Shown here: piece after piece, positions 41,863 to 51,036 of the stretch
Numbering within the stretch: position 1 is the stretch's first letter
Layout: each line of letters starts with the position of its first letter
Assembly (NCBI GenBank): GCA_030648615.1
Contig: JAUSHJ010000045.1
Coordinates: forward strand, 25,071-89,070
Direction: 5' to 3'
Source: Candidatus Micrarchaeota archaeon
Lineage (GTDB): Archaea > Micrarchaeota > Micrarchaeia > Anstonellales > Bilamarchaeaceae
Length of the DNA: 64,000 nucleotides
Notes under the pieces: model-generated
Database searches by the model: none
Seen by the model: the letters and a program-made list of their open reading frames with translations, nothing else
What the model was told of the DNA's origin: nothing
Translations under genes and position numbers: made by a program

Positions 41863-42015
41863 CTAAAATGGTTTTTTTATATATAATTCGATACATTCTT
41901 TGATAAACTGAGCCTTCTTAAAACTAGGGTTAACCTCTGCATTTTCAGTTTCTTCATAGAACCTTTTTGCATCCTCTCCTTTTAGGATAGGAGTAGACTC
42001 GATTGGTTTTGCCAT
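41863..42015 (-). CDS. small ORF (50 aa) immediately upstream of the GNAT gene; candidate antitoxin/partner
   Basis: Unlisted ORF MAKPIESTPILKGEDAKRFYEETENAEVNPSFKKAQFIKECIELYIKKPF; stop lies 7 nt before the GNAT ATG. Confidence 0.3.
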   Translation of the reverse strand: MAKPIESTPILKGEDAKRFYEETENAEVNPSFKKAQFIKECIELYIKKPF

Positions 42016-42111
42016 GTTTATACCTAACAAGATTATTTATAATCCTTATTTAAAAGTTATCGAATTTCAGGTGGAAAGGTGATTGAGGATTGAGTAACAA
42101 TTTAAACATAT

Positions 42112-42777
42112 GTGAACAATAAACTACTTATGGCAACACAATTAATTAACAGAAAAACTGCACTCACAGAGCTCACAAGAATTCTTAAAAAAATAGATAG
42201 ACGAGAAGCTTTTCATGAAGTCGGAACTTTAATTGAAAAAATATTCGATCCAAAAACGCCTACATACGAACTGGACAGATTTAAAGTACAGATAATTTTT
42301 TATGAAAACGGAAAGCACATGCTAATTCCTCTGGACACAAAAAAAGCATATGAAGAACTCAGACAAGCATTAGATGAAGTTCTGCGTTTACGAGGCTATA
42401 GAAGTAATATACTGACATATCAGGAACATTGTCTACTAGGAAGCACTCAATCAGAAACTTTTGCCAGAGACCCATATAAACCAATAGGAATACTAAGGAG
42501 GGAATTAGGAATAGAAGAAACAATGCTTGCCAGAAAACTAGAATTGAAAGGCGGTGCCAGAGCATACTTCTACGGATTAAAAAGAGAAGGTATTATCGGA
42601 GTAACTACTTCGCTTGAACCACTTGATACAGAAGGAAGAACAGTGAGAGACCCGAGACCCATTAGCATGGAAAAATTGGATGAAGCACTAGCAAAAGGAA
42701 TACCACTGGAACAAATATTCGATCTCTGTGTAATTCCGTTCGTGAAGGATCCCGAATTTCCATTTAGAAGAGAGTAG
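42112..42777 (+). CDS. hypothetical protein (221 aa)
   Basis: ORF only. Confidence 0.4.
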   Translation: MNNKLLMATQLINRKTALTELTRILKKIDRREAFHEVGTLIEKIFDPKTPTYELDRFKVQIIFYENGKHMLIPLDTKKAYEELRQALDEVLRLRGYRSNILTYQEHCLLGSTQSETFARDPYKPIGILRRELGIEETMLARKLELKGGARAYFYGLKREGIIGVTTSLEPLDTEGRTVRDPRPISMEKLDEALAKGIPLEQIFDLCVIPFVKDPEFPFRRE

Positions 42778-43353
42778 CTATTTCTTCATCTTCTTAAGCA
42801 TTGCAAACATCTTACTGCCATTAAGCCATTCGCAACCAACCTTATTCGCGAATTTCAAAACACCTTCATCACTACTAACTAAAGTTGCCTCTAACTCTTT
42901 TGCAAGCATAACTAACTCAAAATCCTCTTTACTGTCAAGTAAACCTGCACGAACAGCATCCCTATATTTCTCTCTTAACTTCTGAAGTTTAACATTATTC
43001 TCAGGTTTATTATCCTGAGCATATTCCTCTGCCAATCGCAATCCTTTATTCATGCGACCTCGCACGTCCTCAATGAAATCGTGGAGCACTGCAGCAGGAA
43101 GATAAAGTGCATAAATATTTGGTGCTCTTTTTTTTATATGCAATTCAAATTCACTTGAAATTTTTTCTCCAATAAAATTCTTCAACTCCATGAATATCAA
43201 AGAGGGCATGTAAAACTCTGCATCCAGTTTAGATATCATTTTGATGAAAGATTTTACTGCAAGCGGAGGGGTCTTACCGAATTTCTCCCGTGCATGAGGA
43301 TTTACAAATAATGAAGTATCTAATACAAATCTTCTGGTTAGTACCATAGGCAT
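42778..43353 (-). CDS. PIN-like nuclease domain protein, likely HARP-type minimal protein-only RNase P
   Basis: 191 aa; N-terminal FVLDTSLF PIN start, RMNKGLRLAEEY and LLDSKEDFELVMLAKELEATLVSSDEG resemble Aq_880-type HARP proteins as recalled. Confidence 0.5.
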   Translation of the reverse strand: MPMVLTRRFVLDTSLFVNPHAREKFGKTPPLAVKSFIKMISKLDAEFYMPSLIFMELKNFIGEKISSEFELHIKKRAPNIYALYLPAAVLHDFIEDVRGRMNKGLRLAEEYAQDNKPENNVKLQKLREKYRDAVRAGLLDSKEDFELVMLAKELEATLVSSDEGVLKFANKVGCEWLNGSKMFAMLKKMKK

Positions 43354-43515
43354 GAACTCAAGGACAAGGATTAAATATATTGCTGAAAAAGGACAAAATA
43401 ATAAAAATTTTGTCCTGTTGTAAATTCTTATAGAATTTACAGTAGAACTAGAAGCCCCAGGATTCCAAATCTGGAACCTGAGACCCTAGAACCTATATTT
43501 ATTGTCTAGCAACTA

Positions 43516-44739
43516 TTATTTTTTCTTTGTTGTATCTGCACTGGTATTCTTTTTGAATTTCTTATAGATTTTGTATATCACAAAGATAATGATTACTGTA
43601 GGAAGCAGGAATCCGATTAATCCGGATAGCACCAGCAAAGCAGCTGATAGAGCAGCAAAGAATGTCCCTGTAAGATCTTCCAAAGGCAATTGGAGATTTG
43701 TCTTAACAGTAGATTTATCTTCTGTAAGTGTTACATAGACAAGAGACTTCTCCGGTCTATTCTTCTCATCAACATCTTTGCTTAGTTGTTTGACTTCTCC
43801 CAGAGCCTTGGCTTTCTCCATGAAAGAATCGAGCTTGTTCGAAGAAACTTGCACTACAGCATAGTATGTTTTCTGACCTGTTGATTCTACGAATCTAAGA
43901 GAACTGATTGATCCTCCTTCATCTGCAACTACAGCCTTAAGCGAATCAAGTGAAGTTGAAAGTTTCCCCTCATTTACCTTAACAGTCATATCTCCTTCTT
44001 TTGCTTCCGATGCAGCAACATCTTCATAGAGATCAAGAGTTATTGTTGACTTTTGTATCTTCCCTTCAAGTGTCCCCTTTTCATTTTTTAACTGTTCTAT
44101 TTCTGTTTCTATTCTTGTAATTTCTCTCTCAACAGTTATCAAATCTTCTACTAGTTCACTTTTATTATAAAGAATATAAAGTCTCTGCAACTCGATGTTT
44201 TTGTTTTGCAATCTTAGATCCAGATCACGATATTGTTTTGTAACATCTTCGATATTTACATTTGCTCCTTTTAATTCACCTAAATTTTTCAACTGTTCAA
44301 AAACACTATCAAATTTTTCAGGAGAAATCTTAAATGAAATAGAATAATGTTTTTGACCACTATATTCATCGTAAGATGTTGAAATTACGGTTCCACCTTG
44401 GGTTTCTACTATGCCTGTGGCTCCCTTTACTTTTTCATCAAGCTGACCACGTTCAAGCTTTATAGATATGGAGCCTTCTTTTGTTTTTAACGGCTGTTCA
44501 CCAGTAAACGTATCTGAAACCTTAGCTTCGTAATTAGCCCCGTCACTTAATGGAGCGTCTGAATAAGAAATAGAATTCTCATCTGAAAATGTATTAGAAG
44601 AAGATGTTACAGGAAAATAATCTGAACTAGATATATCATTTTTTTGTTCAGTAGTAGAATTAATTCCGGATAGACCAGCACATCCTGCAGACAGCAAGAA
44701 AATTCCAAACAGCAAAATAAAGAAAATGTTCAATTTCAT
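43516..44739 (-). CDS. coiled-coil lipoprotein with internal duplication and C-terminal transmembrane anchor (DUF4349-like architecture)
   Basis: 407 aa; lipobox LLSAGC, S/T-rich linker, two repeats (IVETQGGTVISTSYDEYSGQKHYSISFKIS and VVADEGGSISSLRFVESTGQKTYYAVVQVS), central heptad-rich segment, C-terminal transmembrane helix plus KKFKK. Confidence 0.6.
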   Translation of the reverse strand: MKLNIFFILLFGIFLLSAGCAGLSGINSTTEQKNDISSSDYFPVTSSSNTFSDENSISYSDAPLSDGANYEAKVSDTFTGEQPLKTKEGSISIKLERGQLDEKVKGATGIVETQGGTVISTSYDEYSGQKHYSISFKISPEKFDSVFEQLKNLGELKGANVNIEDVTKQYRDLDLRLQNKNIELQRLYILYNKSELVEDLITVEREITRIETEIEQLKNEKGTLEGKIQKSTITLDLYEDVAASEAKEGDMTVKVNEGKLSTSLDSLKAVVADEGGSISSLRFVESTGQKTYYAVVQVSSNKLDSFMEKAKALGEVKQLSKDVDEKNRPEKSLVYVTLTEDKSTVKTNLQLPLEDLTGTFFAALSAALLVLSGLIGFLLPTVIIIFVIYKIYKKFKKNTSADTTKKK

Positions 44740-44847
44740 AATTTATATTAAAAAGTAAAAGAATAAGAATGATTCGAATTTGTTAACATTTGCCCTAAAC
44801 ATTTTACTTTCTAGCAATCGCTCTGCCCTCTAGCAATAACTCTACCT

Positions 44848-44980
44848 CTCAATTGTCCAATATTTTGGACAACATTATTGTCCAGCGGGACAATATGCAT
44901 CTTGTTGCTCATAGCAACAAGCTTTGACGCATCTGCGTCAAATTTTGTCAGGATTTTTATCATCCTGACAAAGCTTGTCT
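44848..44980. repeat. hairpin-cluster element, copy 5
   Basis: ttgtccaatattttggacaa, then ttgtccagcgggacaa, then atgcatcttgttgctcatagcaacaa, then tttgacgcatctgcgtcaaa, then ttgtcaggatttttatcatcctgacaa. Confidence 0.85.
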
Positions 44981-44985
44981 ACCAA

Positions 44986-46035
44986 CTATATTAACTTAAT
45001 TAACCCTCTTCCTATTTCTGGAATATTCCCACCGAGCAGACTAGTTGTTGAAAGTACGAATGAAAAAACTATTACCATTGAAATCATTGGCAAGAAACAT
45101 ACTGATACGGTAAGTTGTTTGAGAATTGCAGGCGAAAGGACATTGGTCAATGAATCTATGTCGCCCCTGTAAGCATTAATCCATGAATTAACCTCATAAA
45201 CTTTTGATGGATTAGCATAGCCACAGTATTGAACTTCTTCAAGAGCAGGTAATGCACATACGTAAGCCACTGGATTATGAGTAATAGAATTAGAAACAGC
45301 GGTTGGATCAGCTAAAGTGGGTTGACCCATAAAACTTGGTCTTATAACAGGCAAAGAAATCGCTGATGAGATAATATAGGTAAACGGAAATATAAAATAC
45401 AACCCTAAAGAAAGCGCCATAACATAACCTCCTGCACCTCGAGTAGGTGGAAATGCACGAAGAATAACACCTAAACTTAAAATGAAAAGACCATATGAAC
45501 CTATGAACTTAGATATGTGAATAAGCAGATAATAAAAAAACATGTAGAATTGTGTTAATTCTGTGGCATTTTTTATGCGCTCAGCAAGTATCTTAAAACC
45601 AAAACCGCTTGCATGCTCACTCATGAATATTTCCATATATACAGATGTACCGGCTTCAACTGGTATGCTAGCGACATAGAGAGAACGCATTAAAGTTCGA
45701 GCACATGCTGCTGCCGGATCCATGTACATTATCATAATATCAGTAAGATGTGTACCAGGAGGAAAAACAATCTGACCTGGAAGTAAGCCTACTGAAGTTG
45801 CATAAAGATTCGTAGCTATACTTACTAGCATGCTCTCTCCGCCTGTGACAAATGTAATTAACATGAGAACTATAAAAACAGTTGAAATTGCATAAATAAG
45901 TTCAGTTTTGGCTGTCTGCTCAAGATTTTTTAGATCAAAGACTTTGGAAAACATGTATACTATTGCTGAGGCTATGATAGCTACCATGGAAACTGAAATA
46001 GCAATACCTTCCCAACCTACCACGTATTCTACCAT
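44986..46035 (-). CDS. polytopic membrane protein, FPPTR-loop family member P6
   Basis: 349 aa; N-terminal transmembrane helix, YMFSKVFDLKNLEQTAKTELIYAIS, loop ILRAFPPTRGAGGYVMALSLGLYFIFPFTYI, C-terminus GGNIPEIGRGLIKLI. Confidence 0.7.
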   Translation of the reverse strand: MVEYVVGWEGIAISVSMVAIIASAIVYMFSKVFDLKNLEQTAKTELIYAISTVFIVLMLITFVTGGESMLVSIATNLYATSVGLLPGQIVFPPGTHLTDIMIMYMDPAAACARTLMRSLYVASIPVEAGTSVYMEIFMSEHASGFGFKILAERIKNATELTQFYMFFYYLLIHISKFIGSYGLFILSLGVILRAFPPTRGAGGYVMALSLGLYFIFPFTYIISSAISLPVIRPSFMGQPTLADPTAVSNSITHNPVAYVCALPALEEVQYCGYANPSKVYEVNSWINAYRGDIDSLTNVLSPAILKQLTVSVCFLPMISMVIVFSFVLSTTSLLGGNIPEIGRGLIKLI

Positions 46036-46036
46036 T

Positions 46037-47266
46037 TTATATCAGCCTCGTAAGTGAATTGACATCTATTTCTTCGCCCAATGTCTTACTAAGATATTTA
46101 ACACTTTGAACAAACAATAATACTTGGAATGCAGGTAATAAATAGCCTATTACCAGTCCCATACCAACAGTAGCCATAGGTATTAGAAATGCGGTTGTTA
46201 CAGCAGCACCGAAAGCTACGGAAATCAGTTTACCTATCATGTCCAAAAAGCCAACGGTAACATTTTTGAAAAAATCAAAAATAATATCTCCCGTGTTCTT
46301 GGACTGTTCTTTTAGCGAGTCTGCTTTAGAATCTACAGTATGTGCAGTAAGGCCATAGATAGTAACACTTGCAAAATTATTTATATTATTATCGTAGACG
46401 TTTATTATGGAATCACTAGTTGTGAACAGCATTATGTATGAGGCATTTACATAGAGAGGATAAAGAAGCATGAAACCTATGGCTAACGCTATCAACGTCC
46501 CACCAAATCTACGAGTTGGAGTAAAACAGCGGAGAAATATACCTATTGGAAGATAATATTTTAGACAAGCTGCAATGGCAAATTTTAGTACGTTCAACTG
46601 TGCGATATTAATAATGAGTGCAATTGCCAGTGAAGTAAAAACATTGTAAATCATTTGTTTTAAAGGTGCGGCAAAACCAGCACCTGGAGTAGCAACTATA
46701 CCTACACCCAATGGTCTTGAATATGGAGTAATGGAAGCTAATTGATCGAGCCAAAGGTTTAGTGCATAATTAACATGCATCCAACCTTCAATCTTATCTG
46801 TTATTGAAGTGAAATATTTTTCAGTAGTATCATAAAAACCTAAACTACTGATAGCAGGATCAGTAATACTGGGAAAAACTGCCCCTAGCGTAAGAGAACA
46901 CATTGGAACCATGGCAGCTATGAAAGAACCTACAATGATTACACTTGCAAAAACTTCAAATAATTCTAATTTTACAAAACTTCTAATAGTATCAGTTTTA
47001 AAAAAATAGGAAAACATGTAAAGAAAAGTCAACAGCATGATAGATGCTACGATAGCTAATGGCCAAAATGGGACCCAGGTAGTCCAGAAATCTGAATCGG
47101 CAGCACCTTGAGAGCATATGAAAGCCTGGAGAGAAGAATTTGCAGGTGCACCTCCTTGACCACCTGTGGATGGTGTAGAACTCAGCCCTTCCATAGTACA
47201 ACCTGAAAGCAAAAGTAGAATTGCAAATGAAAGGACATAGAATAGTTTTTTAGTCATCATATCCAC
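46037..47266 (-). CDS. polytopic membrane protein, FPPTR-loop family member P5 (lipoprotein-type signal)
   Basis: 409 aa; LLLSGC lipobox, YMFSYFFKTDTIRSFVKLELFEVFAS, loop FLRCFTPTRRFGGTLIALAIGFMLLYPLYV, C-terminus EIDVNSLTRLI. Confidence 0.7.
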   Translation of the reverse strand: MDMMTKKLFYVLSFAILLLLSGCTMEGLSSTPSTGGQGGAPANSSLQAFICSQGAADSDFWTTWVPFWPLAIVASIMLLTFLYMFSYFFKTDTIRSFVKLELFEVFASVIIVGSFIAAMVPMCSLTLGAVFPSITDPAISSLGFYDTTEKYFTSITDKIEGWMHVNYALNLWLDQLASITPYSRPLGVGIVATPGAGFAAPLKQMIYNVFTSLAIALIINIAQLNVLKFAIAACLKYYLPIGIFLRCFTPTRRFGGTLIALAIGFMLLYPLYVNASYIMLFTTSDSIINVYDNNINNFASVTIYGLTAHTVDSKADSLKEQSKNTGDIIFDFFKNVTVGFLDMIGKLISVAFGAAVTTAFLIPMATVGMGLVIGYLLPAFQVLLFVQSVKYLSKTLGEEIDVNSLTRLI

Positions 47267-48537
47267 CTTGCAAAAGACATAAAGTTAACATCCACACTCA
47301 ACCAACTCGCCACTTCTCTTGCAAATGTCAGAGTCGTAAAAATATTTATGAATGGCAATAATATGCTTATTATAACGATATAATAAATCGCACTTCGTAT
47401 GAGTTCAAACGCGGTGGTAAGTCCTGCACCTATAAAGAAAGGCACGAATACCCCAGCAGCCAGGAATGAGATTGAAACTACAGTAAGTCCTACTCCCAGA
47501 AGGCCGCTATTAGTTACAAAATCAGTCATAATGCTCTTCTGCGACGTTACATCTACACCTAAACTATACTGAAGAATAGTATGTGCTTCATGAGTTACTA
47601 AAAACATAAACGGATACATTATCGCAAAACTAAAGAAAAGCGCTAATATTGCATCTCCAGCACCTCGTAGTGGTGGAATTGCCCTTAGAACTACACCTAG
47701 AGGAATGAAGAATGTCCATGTCCATTTTTTTATCATGCATAGCATGACTAAATGTATTATCCACTCACCTAAACCTACGGAAAGAAGCTGCATTGTAAAA
47801 CCCAGCATATCGACTATGGGCTTAAGTATTGGACCTAAATTAAATGAAAACATAGCACGCCAGGTTATTCCAAACCACATGGTAGCACTGAAAAGAGTAT
47901 GAATTATTGTATTGTATATCAAAAGAAAACCATAGGCTGAAGAAATTTCAGCTATCATTTGCCTGGAAAATGCCATAGATGCATCTATCATCGTATTCTG
48001 CTGGAGAACTGGATCGGTAGTGGTAAATGTTTTAAATCCATACCAGGTTTGACTTGCTTGCATAAACATAACTATGAATAGCAAAGCCAGAACAGTCCTG
48101 CCAAGTTCAAACATCAAATCCTTTGATACAGCAACAAGATTCTGAGACTGAAACAATTGACTAAACATGTAAATCAGGATTGCAACAAAAAGCACAATTA
48201 GCACAGACATGATGACATAGTTAGTCCATTCTGCACCGAATATGGTTAAATATTCTTTTGGAACACCTGGAACAGTAGAAACCCAGGATGTACCGCAACT
48301 ACCTGGGTCCACAATATCATAAATAGTACTTGCTGCAGCATTTGCTTGAGCACCCCCTCTTGTAAAACCAGGAATGTCATTAACGAATTTACTTATGGTG
48401 TCAATTATACCAGTACTTGGAGGGGGTGAAGTCTGCGCAAATGAAATTGTAGAAAGCAGTAGCACTAGTGCAACCACGAAAAATATTTTTTTGTTATCCA
48501 GTTTGTAATTCATAGAATCATCAGTTTGCTTTGACAT
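47257..48537 (-). CDS. polytopic membrane protein, FPPTR-loop family member P4 (signal peptide; start uncertain)
   Basis: Start at MSKQTDD (48537) or MNYKL (48513); the longer listed ORF runs into a hairpin repeat; loop VLRAIPPLRGAGDAILALFFSFAIMYPFMFLV. Confidence 0.65.
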   Translation of the reverse strand: MSKQTDDSMNYKLDNKKIFFVVALVLLLSTISFAQTSPPPSTGIIDTISKFVNDIPGFTRGGAQANAAASTIYDIVDPGSCGTSWVSTVPGVPKEYLTIFGAEWTNYVIMSVLIVLFVAILIYMFSQLFQSQNLVAVSKDLMFELGRTVLALLFIVMFMQASQTWYGFKTFTTTDPVLQQNTMIDASMAFSRQMIAEISSAYGFLLIYNTIIHTLFSATMWFGITWRAMFSFNLGPILKPIVDMLGFTMQLLSVGLGEWIIHLVMLCMIKKWTWTFFIPLGVVLRAIPPLRGAGDAILALFFSFAIMYPFMFLVTHEAHTILQYSLGVDVTSQKSIMTDFVTNSGLLGVGLTVVSISFLAAGVFVPFFIGAGLTTAFELIRSAIYYIVIISILLPFINIFTTLTFAREVASWLSVDVNFMSFARWI

Positions 48538-48552
48538 CTTTGATGTCAAATA

Positions 48553-48636
48553 TCCCAATTGTCGTTTGACGACAATGGGCATCTTGTTGCTTCAAGCAAC
48601 AAGCTTGTGTCAGCATTTTTCTGCCCTGCTGACAAT
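48553..48636. repeat. hairpin-cluster element, copy 6 (inside the membrane-protein array)
   Basis: cccaattgtcgtttgacgacaa, then tgggcatcttgttgcttcaagcaacaa, then ttgtgtcagcatttttctgccctgctgacaa. Confidence 0.85.
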
Positions 48637-48678
48637 GCTCTGCTGTGCAAATCTGTAAAGTAACATAGTTACTTCACA

Positions 48679-50034
48679 TCATATAAGGTGTGTTAAACCA
48701 GCTATTTCTACATCTCCACCCAAAGTTATTGAAATACTTCTTATTGCTGCAATGGTTGCAAGAACTCCGAAGAATGAAAAAAATACAGAGAAGAAAGTTA
48801 ACCTTGACACAACATCCATTACTCCACCGTCTTCAAGTGAAATGGATACGAAATTATCATAGAATTTTTTCTTTCCCAGATTACCTGTAAATGTAGTACC
48901 AACACCTTGTAACTCTTTTAAGTCAGCATCACTCAACTGATTCGTACGAGCAGTTAGATCTGCATCACCATTAGGTAAATTTAGATTAACACTTGGGAAA
49001 TAACCATCTGGAGAAGCACCATCTGCAATTTTATCTCTTGTAACTTGAGGCTCAACTCCAACTAAACTATAATAATCAAGCTGCTGCTGATTGAGGTCGT
49101 AACTGCCAGTGAGAAGTGGCACTTTACCGTTTATATAAAGATGATCTGCAATAGATGGGATATTATCAGGACCAAGGTATGCGGCATGCTGTATAGAAAT
49201 GGCTAACATTGCACCAAAAACATAGAACATAGGAAATATATAGAATAGTGCAAGAGCGATAGCCATGAGCAAACCCCCAAGACGCCTAGTAAATGAAAAT
49301 GTCCTAAGTACAAGACCAACAATGAAGAGATTTGGAAATAGTGCCTTTGATACAAAAGCTATTAGTATTTCCTGAAACTTGGTAAGCGTCATCATCTTCA
49401 TAGCAAAATCAAACCCAGCAGTCTTCATCGCATTACCCATGGTAAAAAAACCACGCCAGGGAGTTATGGTGAAGAAACCTGCTTTGTCAGTAACGAATTC
49501 GATATTTATCGCAAAATCAGCTATTGTTGAAGTAATCATGTATGATTGATAAATCTTAAATGCAACGTTTGAAGTTTCTTGGAAAATAGTATTTAAATAA
49601 TATATGGAAAGACGAATATGGCAATGAGGTATGTCAGCATAGGGAGAAACTGAACTAAGTGCAAGTGGATCTGCAGCTCTATCGTAATTAGTACCTGGTG
49701 CAAATGAGCATATATCCTGAGTTACATATTTACCTGGATTTGCAGCATCTGGAAAAAACCCTTGAGTAAGATACGAAGGATTAGACCCAGAGGAATCGTG
49801 CAATATCCCATAAGCAACACTGTCAAACATACCTATCCAAGAGAAAACTGCAGCAAGAAGAATCAGTGAATAAAATATTTCAAACAACTCTAATTTTGCC
49901 CATAGTTTCATCTTGTCATCTACAAGAACACTACCGAACATATACACCAGTGAGACTAGCACGGTACTTATTACCACTAATATGACCGCAACGAAACTCC
50001 ACGAAGAATATAATGCAGTTAGTGAATCAACCAT
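48679..50034 (-). CDS. polytopic membrane protein, FPPTR-loop family member P3
   Basis: 451 aa; YMFGSVLVDDKMKLWAKLELFEIFYS, loop LVLRTFSFTRRLGGLLMAIALALFYIFPMFYVF, C-terminus GGDVEIAGLTHLI. Confidence 0.7.
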   Translation of the reverse strand: MVDSLTALYSSWSFVAVILVVISTVLVSLVYMFGSVLVDDKMKLWAKLELFEIFYSLILLAAVFSWIGMFDSVAYGILHDSSGSNPSYLTQGFFPDAANPGKYVTQDICSFAPGTNYDRAADPLALSSVSPYADIPHCHIRLSIYYLNTIFQETSNVAFKIYQSYMITSTIADFAINIEFVTDKAGFFTITPWRGFFTMGNAMKTAGFDFAMKMMTLTKFQEILIAFVSKALFPNLFIVGLVLRTFSFTRRLGGLLMAIALALFYIFPMFYVFGAMLAISIQHAAYLGPDNIPSIADHLYINGKVPLLTGSYDLNQQQLDYYSLVGVEPQVTRDKIADGASPDGYFPSVNLNLPNGDADLTARTNQLSDADLKELQGVGTTFTGNLGKKKFYDNFVSISLEDGGVMDVVSRLTFFSVFFSFFGVLATIAAIRSISITLGGDVEIAGLTHLI

Positions 50035-50038
50035 AGTA

Positions 50039-51034
50039 TCAACTACTTTTTCCAGATAGGAATTTCATAAATGCGTTTATAAACGCAAGAGTTATCGTCG
50101 CTGAAAGGGCAGGAATAAATAAACTCGGTATTGATAACGCCCCTAGCGATTCTATTATGGGAAAGAAAAATGCTGGAGTTGCTATTATATTGACTCCGAA
50201 TTCTGAGAAAAGAAACTTTACAAATGGGGCAATAATGGGAATTCTTCCAAGTGGATTTTGATTATTACCAAGAACACCGAACAGAACCCATTGACCGCCA
50301 CAAAGCATAGTAACATCAAAAGTTTTTCCAGAATATATCTGGTCAGGCTTAGGGAAACCCATCAGTTGATCGTTATAAACCTGCATACTCAGGATATATG
50401 TAAGTGGAAAAACTGACTGAAAACCTATTGCTATGGCTATCAGAAATATACCTGCCTGTCTAGTTGGTGGAAAGAACCTTAGAATAATACCTGCTGGAAA
50501 TACAAACGGCAGCAATATGGCATCGATGATGACGAAAATAGTAGACTGTGCGGTAAGGCTCCCGTAAACTGCTATAAGTCCGTAGCCAACAACATTAGTT
50601 ATGGAAACCAGAGAATCTATACCTGGAAATAGTTTATAAGACAGAGTAAGTACGTACTCCCCAATACGTCTTTGGAAAGTACTAAGAACAGAAAGGCATA
50701 CCTGAGCCCTGAAAACATCAGTTATGGCATTTTGAGTACTCTCTCTTATTTGATAGATATAACCTATGGCAATATCTATGGCAGATTGAGAGGAACCACC
50801 CCCAACAATATCTGAAGCAACTGTGGAAGCAATGAAATTAGAAGATTCTAAGAAAGCTATGGAAAATATTACTATCAACAATGAGACAAAAACCTCTTGA
50901 AGTTCTATATTGAAATATGCTTCCAGTTCATTAGACTGAGTAAGTTTAGCTGCCATATAAGTAAGTGCTAGGAAAATAGTCATGATGAAGCCCATGATGA
51001 ATATTACCCAACCGTAGATAGCTATGTCAACCAT
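50039..51034 (-). CDS. polytopic membrane protein, FPPTR-loop family member P2
   Basis: 331 aa; YMAAKLTQSNELEAYFNIELQEVFVS, loop ILRFFPPTRQAGIFLIAIAIGFQSVFPLTYI; lacks the shared C-terminal tail. Confidence 0.7.
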   Translation of the reverse strand: MVDIAIYGWVIFIMGFIMTIFLALTYMAAKLTQSNELEAYFNIELQEVFVSLLIVIFSIAFLESSNFIASTVASDIVGGGSSQSAIDIAIGYIYQIRESTQNAITDVFRAQVCLSVLSTFQRRIGEYVLTLSYKLFPGIDSLVSITNVVGYGLIAVYGSLTAQSTIFVIIDAILLPFVFPAGIILRFFPPTRQAGIFLIAIAIGFQSVFPLTYILSMQVYNDQLMGFPKPDQIYSGKTFDVTMLCGGQWVLFGVLGNNQNPLGRIPIIAPFVKFLFSEFGVNIIATPAFFFPIIESLGALSIPSLFIPALSATITLAFINAFMKFLSGKSS

Positions 51035-51036
51035 TT

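Noticed and set aside
43354-43515. Searched this and other GC-richer intergenic stretches (573-795, 22407-22584, 31603-32082) for tRNA genes
   Set aside because: No cloverleaf-compatible sequence with a GTTCRAATC-type T-loop or conserved D-loop was found; no tRNA or rRNA is called in the window
48538-48582. First 15 codons of ORF 47257..48582 (MPIVVKRQLGYLTSK)
   Set aside because: They overlap hairpin element copy 6; the protein more plausibly starts at MSKQ or MNYKL followed by its signal peptide
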